From Chrysomallon squamiferum (lineage: Eukaryota; Animalia; Mollusca): a stretch of 64,000 nucleotides of DNA. Below are positions 1 to 12,810 of the stretch, one piece after another. The position numbers were made by a program, and so were the translations under genes. Each line of letters opens with the position of its first letter. Within the stretch, counting starts at the first letter, position 1. The stretch is from positions 16,492,001 to 16,556,000 of the forward strand of contig CM022668.1 in the NCBI GenBank assembly GCA_012295275.1. The letters run 5' to 3'. The notes under the pieces were generated by a model, which searched no databases, was not told the origin of the DNA, and was given only the letters and a program-made list of their open reading frames with translations.

Positions 1-61
1 TTTAAATTAGTAATAATAATAATAAAAAAAAAAATTAGAAATTAAAAATTAAAATCCATAC

Positions 62-411
62 CTTAGCATAAGCCTGTGCCATCAGAGCGAGGTTTTTAAC
101 CGAGTTGCAGGCGGAACTGTTCACTGACCTTTGACCTTTCAGACATGACGTATTAACGTAGGCGAGTATGTCCCTGGCTGGTTTGTAATTTCCTTCTTCA
201 TAGGCGCCCCGTCCCAGCAGCACGAGATGGGACAGACTCAGCGGCTCGACAGAGGTGTGGTTATTTATTATTCCTTTAGAAAATTCCTCCATTGAGGTGC
301 CTGTTGTTTCTTTGATTATCACAAGACTGGAAGCTGTGCTGAACATGTCGCTTTTTGATGGGATGTTGTTTCTCATGTTGTCTATCCTCTTGTTCAAGTC
401 TCCCAGATTCC
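62..411 (-). CDS. Prolyl 4-hydroxylase alpha-like gene, exon 3 (gene continues beyond the left edge)
   Basis: Phase-1-compatible acceptor gtacag|GG at 411, with a CTAAC branch-like motif about 30 nt upstream. Encodes ...PSKSDMFSTASSLVIIKETT...KGII...LSLSHLVLLGRGAYEEGNYKPA..., like the P4H alpha N-terminal/TPR-like region. Donor AAG|GTATGG at 62. The catalytic domain is not in the window, so the family call rests on the N-terminus. Confidence 0.7.
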
Positions 412-889
412 CTGTACGCGTGGGTTTAAACATTCTGTGTTAGACTAAAATCATACTGACAGTGTGTGTGATGAAAGTTAAATATACATTTAAAATAATA
501 AATAAGTACATGTTAATAATAACTGTTTAAAAATAAATAAATAAAAAGTAAAATAAATAAATAAATAAAAAGTAAAATAAATAAATAAATAAAAAGTAAA
601 ATAAATAAATAATAAGGCCAATTCGCCACAGCAACACACTTAAACACATGCATAAACATACACCCATAACCATTAACAGATAAATTATCGTTACAGATAC
701 AACTACATACATATGTATATACACACACAGACACGCACACACACACACACAGTCACATACACAGACACAAATAATATTAATAATAATAATTTAAAAAAAT
801 AATAATGCTTCTACTACTACTATCACTACTGCTACAACTACTACTACTACTACTAATAATAATAATGATAATAATAAGTGTGATCTTAC

Positions 890-1044
890 ATAGCTGGCAC
901 GGTTCACTTTCTAGGATACTCTCGAGGGCAGCAGGCCAGTCTTCGTGCAGCCTGAGAACGAGGTGAAACACGTTCACTGGGTGCTTCAAGTACAGAAACA
1001 TGTCCTGCGCCTTCCTGTGTATGTCCTTACACCTCTCTGCAAAT
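890..1044 (-). CDS. Prolyl 4-hydroxylase alpha-like gene, exon 2
   Basis: Acceptor ataag|A completes AAA (Lys). Encodes FAERCKDIHRKAQDMFLYLKHPVNVFHLVLRLHEDWPAALESILE, which resembles the YLxHPVNAFxLxxRLxxDW motif of the P4H alpha N-terminal domain. Donor T|GTAAGA (phase 1). Confidence 0.8.
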
Positions 1045-1147
1045 CTTATAACAACAACAAAAATAACAACAACTACAACTTCAACTACAACAACCAACTA
1101 CAACTCCAACTACAACAACAACAACAACAACAACAACAATAATAATA

Positions 1148-1184
<37 letters not shown>

Positions 1185-1927
1185 TAATGATCATAACGAA
1201 GATGATGATGATGATGATGATGACGATAATAATAATAGTAATGCTATGATGACGATGATGATGATAATGATAGTGATAGTGATAATAATAGTAATAGTAT
1301 TAATGATGAGGACGGTGATGATAATAAAACCACAGTGATGCTGATGTATGTGTTTTATTTTAAATTTTAAAAGACTGAACTTAACAGTAAAATAGCGTGT
1401 TAACTACGGTAATAGCTGTTTTCACACAGTACAAGTGACTAGCTTGTTATCGTGTAACTTGTTCTTCGCTTTGTAGAGCGAGTTTCGCACAATTCAAAAC
1501 ACATTATTTTGTCATTAATTTAGAGTTGTTAGAAATAGTGTCAGTCATTTCTTTTTATTTATTATTCGACTGCCACGAAATTCATATTTGAGCAATGTTA
1601 AGCTTCACTTGGCACATATTAGTTATGTATGTATGTACGTATGTATGTATGTATGTATACACAAATGTGGTGAGTGTTCCATTTATTATAATTATATTCG
1701 ATAATGAACCTATGTATGTATCTGTGAAATTATTTTCGATATGTAAAAAAAGTGTTTGAATGGTAGTCCACCATTATTTAACAAAGTCGAGAGAATAAAA
1801 TCCAATACAGATGTCGCCATGTTTATAGAGCAGCTTGTAGCTACACTTAAAACATTCTGTGTCGTCTCAGAATACAGGAATAAGTTTAGTCAGTATTTGC
1901 TGATTCTAGGTGTGTGTGTTTATATGA

Positions 1928-1970
<43 letters not shown>

Positions 1971-2137
1971 AAACACTACCAAAAGAGTAACAAACACAAA
2001 CTATATGTTTTATGAATTATGTTAATACTTATTACAACATAACAAAAAAAACGAATTATACGACATGTTAACTAAGTTACTTCACTATACTTACTTCATA
2101 CACGAAACTATACTTCACGGAAACAAGCGGTACTTAC

Positions 2138-2346
2138 TTCACTATGTGAGTTAAATTATGAGGATCCTCTCCATGGTGTTTGAAAAACTCTCTACGCAAG
2201 AACGCGTCAGTCATACTCATTATCTCCTCCTCCATCAGGTACATTTTTTCTATGTTTCCTTGATTTATAAAAATTCCAAAGCTTTGCGCCGTCCTGAGGT
2301 TTATTAAGGCGAAGATAAACAGGAGAATCATGTTTGTGACTTGCAT
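2138..2346 (-). CDS. Prolyl 4-hydroxylase alpha-subunit-like gene, coding exon 1 (signal peptide + start of N-terminal domain)
   Basis: ATG at 2346 (alternative ATG at 2331). Encodes MQVTNMILLFIFALINLRTAQS-FGIFINQGNIEKMYLMEEEIM..., a hydrophobic signal-peptide-like N-terminus. Ends AA|GTAAGT (phase 2), matching the next exon. Confidence 0.75.
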
Positions 2347-2701
2347 GTTGCATAGACTGAGTTTCGCTGTGAGTCTCACGCAGAATTGATCTGCCACGCT
2401 CGTACAGTCACACATGGTGCAGATCTTCGTAAGTCGATAATTTCTGTTAAGTGACGAACATGACCAGCCAAGTCTCGGCTTACCTAGCTCGAGCTTGTCA
2501 TAAGTTTAATGATTTTCATTATTAAATTAGGAGGAGATATTATAAAGAAATAATCTGTCTGAGATTAACGTTTGTTTCAAATTCAAGAAGTGACGGTTTG
2601 TACTTCACTGGTTATAGAATCATTAAAGGAGTTTTTTTCTAAGTTATTTTTTTTTAAATTGTCTCTATTTTCTATATGTTTACCCCCTCCTCTTCCTCCC
2701 T

Positions 2702-2784
<83 letters not shown>

Positions 2785-2918
2785 AACGGAAGACTGAAAG
2801 CAGGGATAACATAATTTATTTTCTGTATTTGCCTGTGTTTTATATTTAGTAATTAAAATCAATGACACAGCGTTGTTCGGTATTAAAAGAAATGTTTAAC
2901 GATTTTTATGTTTGTAAA

Positions 2919-3006
<88 letters not shown>

Positions 3007-3774
3007 AATTCACGTTTTGTTTTTCTTTGTGTTTATTTAATTTTTACCTAGTCTTCGTTTCTCAGATTAGTGTTTAACGAATAACAATAAATGTAGTATT
3101 CTTTCTTTCTTTCTTTTTTGTTTGTTTTTCTTTTGTGTTTGTTTATTAGTTTGTTTGTTTACTTTCTTGCTTATCCTTTTGCTTATTCTTATTTATTTAT
3201 TTATCACGCAATATATACACTATATAACATTTTTAGAAAGTGTGAGCTTTATTATTAAGTCCTGGTAAAAAATAGTTATCAACATTTTGAAAGTTTTGAG
3301 CTAGTGACTAGCTTTATAATAACTTAGGTGTATGTGCTGTCATGTATTCTTTGCGTATACTGCTTGAAAAAAGTTTTATCTTTGGTAAGAATTACCAGTT
3401 GTCGATCTGACAGCATTAATCCTGACATGTTGTGAAATAAAACTTATTTTAAACACCTTTTAGAGCATTAGATTTATATCAGTTTATTATTATGTAAAGA
3501 CATTTAATCGGTTTAATATGTGAGCTCAAAATTAATGAAATTTCATATTATATTGTTTGTTTTCTTGTTCATTAATTTTTAATTACACTATTATTTTTAC
3601 TCTTCTGTTACTGTTTTTTTTTTTTTTTTTTATTCCATTTCCATTATAATTACTGTATGTTCAAGAGAAATAAAAAATTAATAAGAAAGTGCATTTGGTT
3701 TAAGGGAGATAACTCTTATTATATTTGATACTAATTTTAAATTCAAAATAAATTAGCTGAAATAGTAATACATT

Positions 3775-3816
<42 letters not shown>

Positions 3817-4019
3817 TTATTATTGCTTTCATTTAAAAAAAAAATAAAGTTGATATAGTACTAATATAAGCAATTATAACAATATCGTTTGAGAGAACAA
3901 AATAGATAAATAAATTCCATGTGTTCATTTGTTCTTCTGTTGCTTTAGTTTTAAAATATTTCTGCTTAGAGACTGGAGATCGCTTCTTCCTCGCAGGACA
4001 GGCTTATCATCGGATCAGC

Positions 4020-4595
<576 letters not shown>

Positions 4596-4774
4596 ATATA
4601 TCATTGTCGCTGTTAAAGTCGAAATAATTCAGAGGTTTATTTAGTTGTCCTATATTGTAACATAGGAATGGAGCATAATAATAATAAAAATAATAATAAA
4701 CATTCATACAAATCTAGTAAATTGTTCGGATAGCTGTAGAGGTAGCCTGAAAACAATGGCTACATGGCATACAT

Positions 4775-4810
<36 letters not shown>

Positions 4811-5456
4811 TAATATTAATAAAAATAATAAAAAGAAACAACAACAACGACAGCTTTTCCCTGTGTTTTAGCTACAAATCGTAGATGTTTAATGTAACAG
4901 CGAAGAGCGCCGATTGTGACTTACTTCAGTAACCTGACGTCATAAATTATTATAGATAATAGAAACTGCACTATGACGTCATTTATTTGACAGAGAACAA
5001 ATAACACGAAGATATTATATTTTTATATATAGTGAAAAATCATCATAAATCTTTATAAGGAACAAAAAATAAATATCATAACTTCATCAATTATTTAAGA
5101 TAATCAAACTCGCAATATGACGTCGTTGATTTGTTAAAAGAAAAACAACACGATTTCGTTAATTTGTATAAAGAATAATCAGAATGACGTCACGACCTTT
5201 CATAGAGAAGAGAAAACACAAGATTACGTCACAGATTCTACAGAGAATAGAAAACACAACATGGAATGGATGAGATTTTTAATGGTGCATAGTTTATTTC
5301 AAATGGGAATGATGATACAAACCTAAGACCAGATTCTTATTATGTGCCTATCTGCACCACTCATTTTTTTTTTTTTTCTTCTTTATTTTTAAGTACCTGG
5401 TCTTTCACATAACGAGAATCTTGATATATATATATATATATATACATACATATATA

Positions 5457-5487
<31 letters not shown>

Positions 5488-8400
5488 TTATGTATATATA
5501 TATATATTTATATGTGTATATATATATATAATGATTTTAATAACAAAACAATCATAAATAAAGAATGTACGTAAAATAAAAAACATACATAACAAAATGC
5601 AACACGGAATTTATATATACATATATAAACCCGCCATTCCCGTCATTTTTCTATGAATAAACTATGAAGAAATAATTAATATGACAAACTTTGATCAACA
5701 TATAAATCGTATTCTGAATTAATGTAGGTATTCTTGGAAATTAACAGCAATGCGTAATCGTAGGCTTTCAGCTAATTAAACTTAAAGTTTGTGACAGCAA
5801 AGTGTGGTTGAAACGCGTCCTGCCATTGCGGGCAGTGACGTAGAAAAATGTCTACTCTAACAATAACAACAAGGTTATCACAGACTTGTACATGTATACG
5901 TCTTTCATACCTACTCTGCTTTTTAATTTGCACGCAGGCTGCAACAAACAGTACATAAAAACCTGTGAGACAATGCCGGATATTTTGTTTATCTGTAAAT
6001 CTGTTAAGCTTGATGAATATAAATATTTTTCTTGTTGTTTCTTTTTGTCGTTAGACTGATAATGAAGATTGTATTTAATTTCATTTAGTGGAACATATTT
6101 GCTTTGGACATTTAAATATATATCATTATCATTATTATCGTTGTTGTTGTTATTGTTATTGTTGTTGTTATAATAATAATAATATAATAATAATAATAAT
6201 AATAATTATTATTATTATTATTATATTACTGTAATGGTCCTCTTACTAAAACAAGTCTACATAGATATTGTACACATAGCAAATATTCTTGGTCCCTTTT
6301 TTTTTATAAATTAAAATGACGGTGGGGGATATGGTAGTATTAGTATTAGTACAGTCATCATCGTCATCATCATCATCATCATCATCATCATCACCATCAT
6401 TACAACCCTTCAGAACTGACTTTCTATACAAAATAACGTTTTTCTTTTCACTGTGACTTTAAAGCACTCATAACCCACAGAACAGTTTAAAACATCTAAA
6501 CAGCATTGAGTGCATGCACACTGGCTTTTTAAACATATTTATTATCATCAATCTTTTCTTAATAGGATTTGCCAAATAATCAGATTTTAAGAAACGTGTC
6601 AATCTGGAGAGCATTTTTTCTCAGCCAGTGATATACAATTTAAGAAGATTGCTAATATTTTCATCTTTTTTTTATTATCACTTTCTTTGTGCATATAATG
6701 ACTTTATAATATTAACTCTAACACGTAACGAATTGTACGCAGATGTTGTTCTTTTGCTGAGAGTTACTGTCCGAACGTAATGCATTGACAGTAGGTTCTT
6801 AGCAAAGAAATACTGTCATTAATATTGATAACAATTATGTTTGCTTGTATTCATAAGTAGCATATTATGATAAAGAATCAGCTTGGTTTTGATTTTTATA
6901 TATTTGGTGGGTTTTTTCTTGGGGTGACTAACCCTATATTATTTTGTCTTGTTAATATATTACACATGAGCAGGTTTTGCTATATTTCTGTTCAGATTAG
7001 AACTGTAAATTATTGGCACTATCATCATTTTAATTCAGTTAGCTTAGAGTTTAGTAATAATGACTAATTGTGATTAAAATGTATAAAAGCGGATTTAACC
7101 ATGGGTTAGCGAGCAAAGATTAGTACTAGGCCAAGGTTCGAACATTAAAACTGAGGTTTCAAAGCGCCTGTATTGACGTCAGACTATGTAACTGTCGCCA
7201 GGGTTACGCCTTACAAAATATATAATAATTTTATTATAATATGGTCCCTTATTAATACGTTTTTGATCATATCATAATCATTCTCGTTTTGGTCATCATC
7301 ATTATTCTAAAATAATAACTGCATGCACATTTTTAATTCTCATTTCTTTTCTTTTGTTTTTCATTATTATTAACTAATTTATTAATTATTATTATCATTA
7401 TTACTAATTTTACTATGTTATGAGGTTAGATTACTGTGCGACATTGCGGCTTCCTTATCTCACATACAACAATATTTAATATATTTAATATTTAACAGAC
7501 GTTCTTTCCATAAAACTTATTTCATAATACAATAAAAAAAAATTCAGATAATTTTGTTGTTGTTTTAAAATGTATATAATTTCTATTAATAATGATGATT
7601 ATTATTTTTTTTCATTACAGAAAAATATTAGTAACATTTTAACCTTATTCGAATTTGATGATTTTTGCAAAATATTATATTTCACATTATCTTCAAAAGT
7701 GATAAAAATGCTAAAATTATAAACAACAATAATCAAAAAATGTTTTCAATTTACCGTTAACTAAATCCAGTTATTCACTTAATATTAATATTTAAGTATA
7801 TTTTTCCTCCACTGATAATACATTGATAACGTTTTAATTCAGTTGTAAATTGCAATGGGATGACGTTTATCGTGTGACGTACTTGTTCGATAAATAATTA
7901 AAATTACAAGGATTTAAAAATTATATAAAATTTATTATCCCTAAAAGCTGAACTAACTGAAATGATTATAAAAAGCTAACTAATCATCTAGTCATGTCAC
8001 TAACCGCTAACATACTAACAAAAAAAAAAAGAGAAGAAAGAAAGAAGTGTTGACAGTGTTATTATGATTTTGTCACTTCGGTTTCCACTATTAATCCTTT
8101 TTTTATTAACATTATATTTCATCTTACTTTTTTATTTTATTTTATTTATTTATTTATTGAAAATGACTATAATTTTTTCCTTTAAATAATTTTTAATTAT
8201 GCATTGCAATCGTAATTTGTATATCATTTTCATCATTAGCATCATCATCATCATCATCATCATTATTATTATTATTATTATTACTACTACTATAATTATT
8301 TGAAAAATATATTTTTATCTTTTACGTCTTTTTTATAAATTTATTTACTTATTTGTTTGTTTATTTATTTATTTATATAAATCATTTACTGTTTTGTGAC

Positions 8401-10479
8401 CTAAAGACGCTCAGTGTGAAATGAGAATACTAAACTTAATATCAATGCTAAGCTGAAACTCGCCTCTAAGAAAAAAAAATATTTACACGATAAAGTATGA
8501 AAAATTTACATTTACCAATGATACTATGAATGAGAACGTGCCAGAAAAACACGCAAAATATTTGTTTTACTTTTTGGCTTCAGTCACTCATGTTATCTAG
8601 TAAACGTAACATACGTTATCAGACCCTACTTGTAACCAGAGTCCTTGCGTCATTTTCATTTAGAACAGAAAACGTAACTTACGTTTAACGTTGCTATTGC
8701 TATATAAGAGAAATGAAAGAAAAACGATATGTATCCAGGATTAAAATCAACAGCAGCTGCAGATATTAATGTTCAAACATGGCGTTAATATTCAGTCAGA
8801 CTGCAGTACTGTGACGAATGTAATCAGTTTTAAAATCACAACACAATTCTAAATGGTTTTTCAGTTTTAAGTGAAATGACGCAAGGAATATTAAATTAAT
8901 CTAAACACGGAATATGTATTTACAAACATTTAGAGATAGGTGTGCTTGCACAAAGCTATATTACAAACATGAGGTATTAGAAATAATTATATTATGTGAT
9001 AAATTTCTGAAAACAAAAATATAATTTATAAATAAAAAGGCTCCCTCCAGAATAGTATAAAACGACAAAATGCTGATGAATATGCATCAGTTGATCACAT
9101 GATTCTTTTTCATCATATCATTTTTGTTTTTCAAAAAGGGGCGTTCCTAAGCTGAGTGAGAGTAAGTGCATAAATTATGCAAATTAAGAAAAGTAACGAG
9201 ATTTATGACCTTTGACCCAACAGATCCACCCACCATGTTACAGCAAAGATCAAGCGCACTTATGGAGGACTGTGCGTACATGATAAAGAATTTTTTTTTT
9301 AAATTTAAATTAAGTTATTTATTTCCAACAATAAAATAATTTAAAAAATCTAAAGTCTCACATTAGGAACTCCCCTTAAATTGCATCTGTGTTATTGCTA
9401 GGAGGCTTTTTTGAATAACGTACACACGACGTGAAGGTATCACATCAACAATATTTTAAAATCAGAGTCAAAGCAACAGAGTCAGTTTACTGTGTCTTTG
9501 GTGGGTAGAAAATAAATGGAAGTTTTTCTCAGTACAGACACCAGTGCCAGGGTGAAACAAGATTGTGTGGAATTCCGTTTAACAATGAATGAATTAGAAG
9601 ACCTTTTGATGCGATTCTTTCCGTTTGTTCATTCTAAATGTCAAAATTTGGCAAAAGGGAAAAATGGATTTTAAATGAAGATGCACTTTACTTAAAACAG
9701 TGGCAGTTAGGCAGATAAGGTGAGTTCATATTTCAAATAATTTTGATATTTATTTTTGTTAGGATTTTGCGTCATTGTTTTGTTTAATCTAAAGTTAGTG
9801 CTTAATAGATGTTAGTAACATCCAGGCGTGAACAAAACAAAGCTTAGAGATATGTTTAAATTCGTTCATTCACATTCGGTGACACGATATGTCTGACAAT
9901 TTGTAGTGGATTTAAATCAATGAGAATCCCATATACTGAAACACAGTATTGAGAAACTGAGAAAATATATTTTTCTAGATGTGATATAGAGTCATCGTGT
10001 GTGTATAACATTTAGTTTCCGTCTAACAAAACCGTGTATCTTTGACTTCAATTTCAAAATATTCATGCCAACAAGTTATCAATGGAAAATAAGAAATAAA
10101 TAATACCCATTGTCATAACATCTAGCGGTAACGATTCTGTAAAAAATACTTGTATATTTTTTGGTGTAGCGTTAATAAGAACACCATACTTTCCTTAACA
10201 ACCAGATAGACACGACAGTACAACTATCCAGCCTGGAATTCATCGTTCATCTATCCGGTGAACATATTCTAAATATAAACTTGTAGTCATTTGTGAAAAA
10301 AAACAAAAACGTGCACTAATATTTATTGTCACATCTAATCATGTCGTTCTAAACTTGTATTAATGACCGACAGACGGAAGAATTTGCCCAACATTGACTA
10401 TTCTAATTTTGGATGTTTCCTACATAAAAGATTTCAGTCAGGGGAGACAAGCGAGTCACAGAGAAATGTACTCAACTAG

Positions 10480-10773
10480 TCACACGTTGCTCACTACGTA
10501 TTCCGCTTCCTCGTCTTCCGCTGCTGATTCTATTTCCGTTTCCGGGTCAAGGTCGGAATCTTCATCGACGCCATTTTGTCTTCCTTGAGGAGCGAGATCG
10601 ACCAGTTCCATTTCGTCGTCAACATAGAAACTGGGATCCGCTTCGTCTTCGTCTTCTTCGTCGTCGTCGTTGTCATCCGACCCCTCGAAGGAAGCACCTC
10701 CTTTTCGGATGGTGTTTTTTGGTTTGAACATATTGAGAATAACTTGAACTTTTTTCATCTTTTGCACGGCTAG
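10480..10773 (-). CDS. Predicted stop-codon-readthrough extension of the innexin (97 aa, acidic, ends SNV)
   Basis: In frame directly after TGA-CTAG: LAVQKMKKVQVILNMFKPKNTIRKGGASFEGSDDNDDDEEDEDEADPSFYVDDEMELVDLAPQGRQNGVDEDSDLDPETEIESAAEDEEAEYVVSNV, then a second TGA-CTAG. GC content stays coding-like and drops after about 10420. Confidence 0.8.
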   Translation of the reverse strand, partial: LAVQKMKKVQVILNMFKPKNTIRKGGASFEGSDDNDDDEEDEDEADPSFYVDDEMELVDLAPQGRQNGVDEDSDLDPETEIESAAEDEEAEYVVSNV

Positions 10774-11977
10774 TCATACGTTACTATTGTCGTCACTGAT
10801 TTGATTGGCGTGTCGGAACAGCGGCTTGTTCCTGTAGTGATTCCACAGCTGCAGAATGAGCTCGGAGACCAACACGTCGTTGGCGTTCTTACCCACGAGT
10901 CTGAGGACAAATATCCCGTCCTGCCTCAGATACTGCTCCCCGAACTTCACCGCCATCTTTTTGTCCAGCTCGGACTTATAGCAGTCATTAACGCGGAGAA
11001 ACTTTTTTAAGTACCGCAACCGATGTTGACGAAAAATCATTGTATATATCCATATTAGGAAGTTGCCGGCACTTAAGGTAGATACAAAAACTAACCAAAA
11101 CCAAATGAAAATAAAAATCTTTTCGTTAAATAAATTTATGGGTAATACACACTGAACAGTGTACGTGTGCACGTTTTGAATCTGACGAATGTCAAAATCA
11201 CAGTGAGTTATTCTGGGAAAGCGCGGAGACTCGCCCCAGTCTTCACCGCGCGCTAGATGGTCCAGAACCTCGAACCCATACACGTTATAGTTCGTCCCGA
11301 GAAACTCGTTCAGAATAAAGAGCTGTCCCACGGAATTCAGTAAGTACAAGAGCTTAATGAACATGTAAATTGTAACTAGGTAGTTACCGTAGCGCTTCCC
11401 CCACACTAGACAGCAGTATTTCGCTATCTGCTGTCTGAATCGGATGAAACATCCCGACCTGTATTCTCTAGCGTTCTCCAACCAGCGGTCCATGTAGCGC
11501 ACGATGTGTTTTATAGTTCTCTCCCTGTCGTCTGGCGCGATGTACGCAGTCTCCGCGGCCAGGGTGACTATTTTGTCAAGATTGACGCCAGACGAAGCCG
11601 CCAGAATCCTCCACAGAATACAAGGAACTTTGAACAACAGAGCCTGGAACAGAAGGATCATGGGCACCCACTGGTAGTAGCCGATCTCCTTCTCTTTCTT
11701 GGGCTGTTCATGCCGAGGAACCGCGTGCTCGAAGGGGACGTAGTAGGTGTTGGACACCCAGCACACATTGTTGGTGTACTCCACGTGACTGTCCTCGAAC
11801 TGAGAGGGACACCAGCAGTGGATGGGCTCGCCGACGTACTGCTTTGTGCTGACGACGATGGTGAAGATGATGAGGATGATGGTGGTGTAGAGGTGGTTCA
11901 GTCGATCGATCCAGTCGTCGTCGTAGCGACCCTTGAGGCGGGCGTACGTGGCGAAACTTCCCAGAACACTGTCAAGC
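10774..11977 (-). CDS. Innexin (invertebrate gap-junction protein), single constant exon encoding 400 aa
   Basis: Innexin hallmarks: DDDWIDRLNH, KQYVGEPIHCWCP, CWVSNTY, YYQWVP, FPRITHCDF, QCVLPINLFNEKIF, and four hydrophobic TM segments. Begins at acceptor tgtttacttgcag|G CTT GAC (phase 2, no ATG of its own). Stop TGA at 10776-10774. Confidence 0.97.
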
Positions 11978-12810
11978 CTGCAAGTAAACACAGTTCATTA
12001 GCAACAAACAACCACAACGTTCTCTCAAGTATGTCAAGCCTGCAAGTAAACACAGTTCATTAGCAACAAACAACCACAACGTTCTCTCAAGTATGTCAAG
12101 CCTGCAAGTAAACACAGTTCATTAGCAACAAACAACCACAACGTTCTCTCAAGTAAACACAGTTCATTAGCAACAACCACAACGTTCTCTCAAGTAAACA
12201 CAGTTCATTAGCAACAACAACCACAACGTTCTCTCAAGTATGTCAAGCCTGCAAGTAAACACAGTTCATTAGCAACAAACAACCACAACGTTCTCTCAAG
12301 TAAACACAGTTCATTAGTCAACGTTCTCTCAAGTAAACACAGTTCATTAGCAACAAACAACCACAACGTTCTCTCAAGTAAACACAGTTCAAGCCTGCCA
12401 AACGTTCTCTCAAGTAAACACAGTTCATTAGCAACAAACAACCACAACGTTCTCTCAAGTATGTCAAGCCTGCAAGTAAACACAGTTCATTAGCAACAAA
12501 CAACCACAACGTTCTCTCAAGTAAACACAGTTCATTAGCAACAACCACAACGTTCTCTCAAGTAAACATAGTTCATTAGCAACAACCACAACGTTCTCTC
12601 AAGTAAACATAGTTCATTAGCAACAACCACAACGTTCTCTCAAGTAAACATAGTTCATTAGCAACAACCACAACGTTCTCTCAAGTAAACACAGTTCATT
12701 AGCAACAACCACAACGTTCTCTCAAGTAAACACAGTTCATTAGCAACAACCACAACGTTCTCTCAAGTAAACACAGTTTATTAGCAACAACCACAACGTT
12801 CTCCCAAGTA
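11970..12810. repeat. Minisatellite (about 43-62 bp units) built from the innexin intron end and splice acceptor
   Basis: Repeated caagtaaacacagttcattagcaacaa(acaa)ccacaacgttctct; several units also carry tgtcaagcctg, the exon junction. Confidence 0.95.

Noticed and set aside
434-444. Alternative acceptors for P4H-like exon 3
   Set aside because: The acceptor at 444 brings an in-frame TAA, and the one at 434 is the wrong phase for the exon 2 donor.
10480-10767. 95-aa acidic ORF as an independent gene
   Set aside because: It begins 6 nt after the innexin stop in the same frame, with no promoter space or clear acceptor; readthrough explains it better.
10774-10776. TGA as selenocysteine, a reassigned codon or a pseudogenising mutation
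   Set aside because: The innexin domain is complete before it and ends in a PDZ-type motif; Trp is encoded by TGG throughout; I saw no evident SECIS (not computationally searched).
11978-11991. MFTCR as the innexin N-terminus, as in the ORF track
   Set aside because: It starts at GTG inside the intron pyrimidine tract/minisatellite; the ttgcag|G acceptor is the more plausible boundary.
10801-12063. Plus-strand ORFs overlapping the innexin
   Set aside because: Antisense shadows of a GC-richer coding exon with no recognisable motifs.
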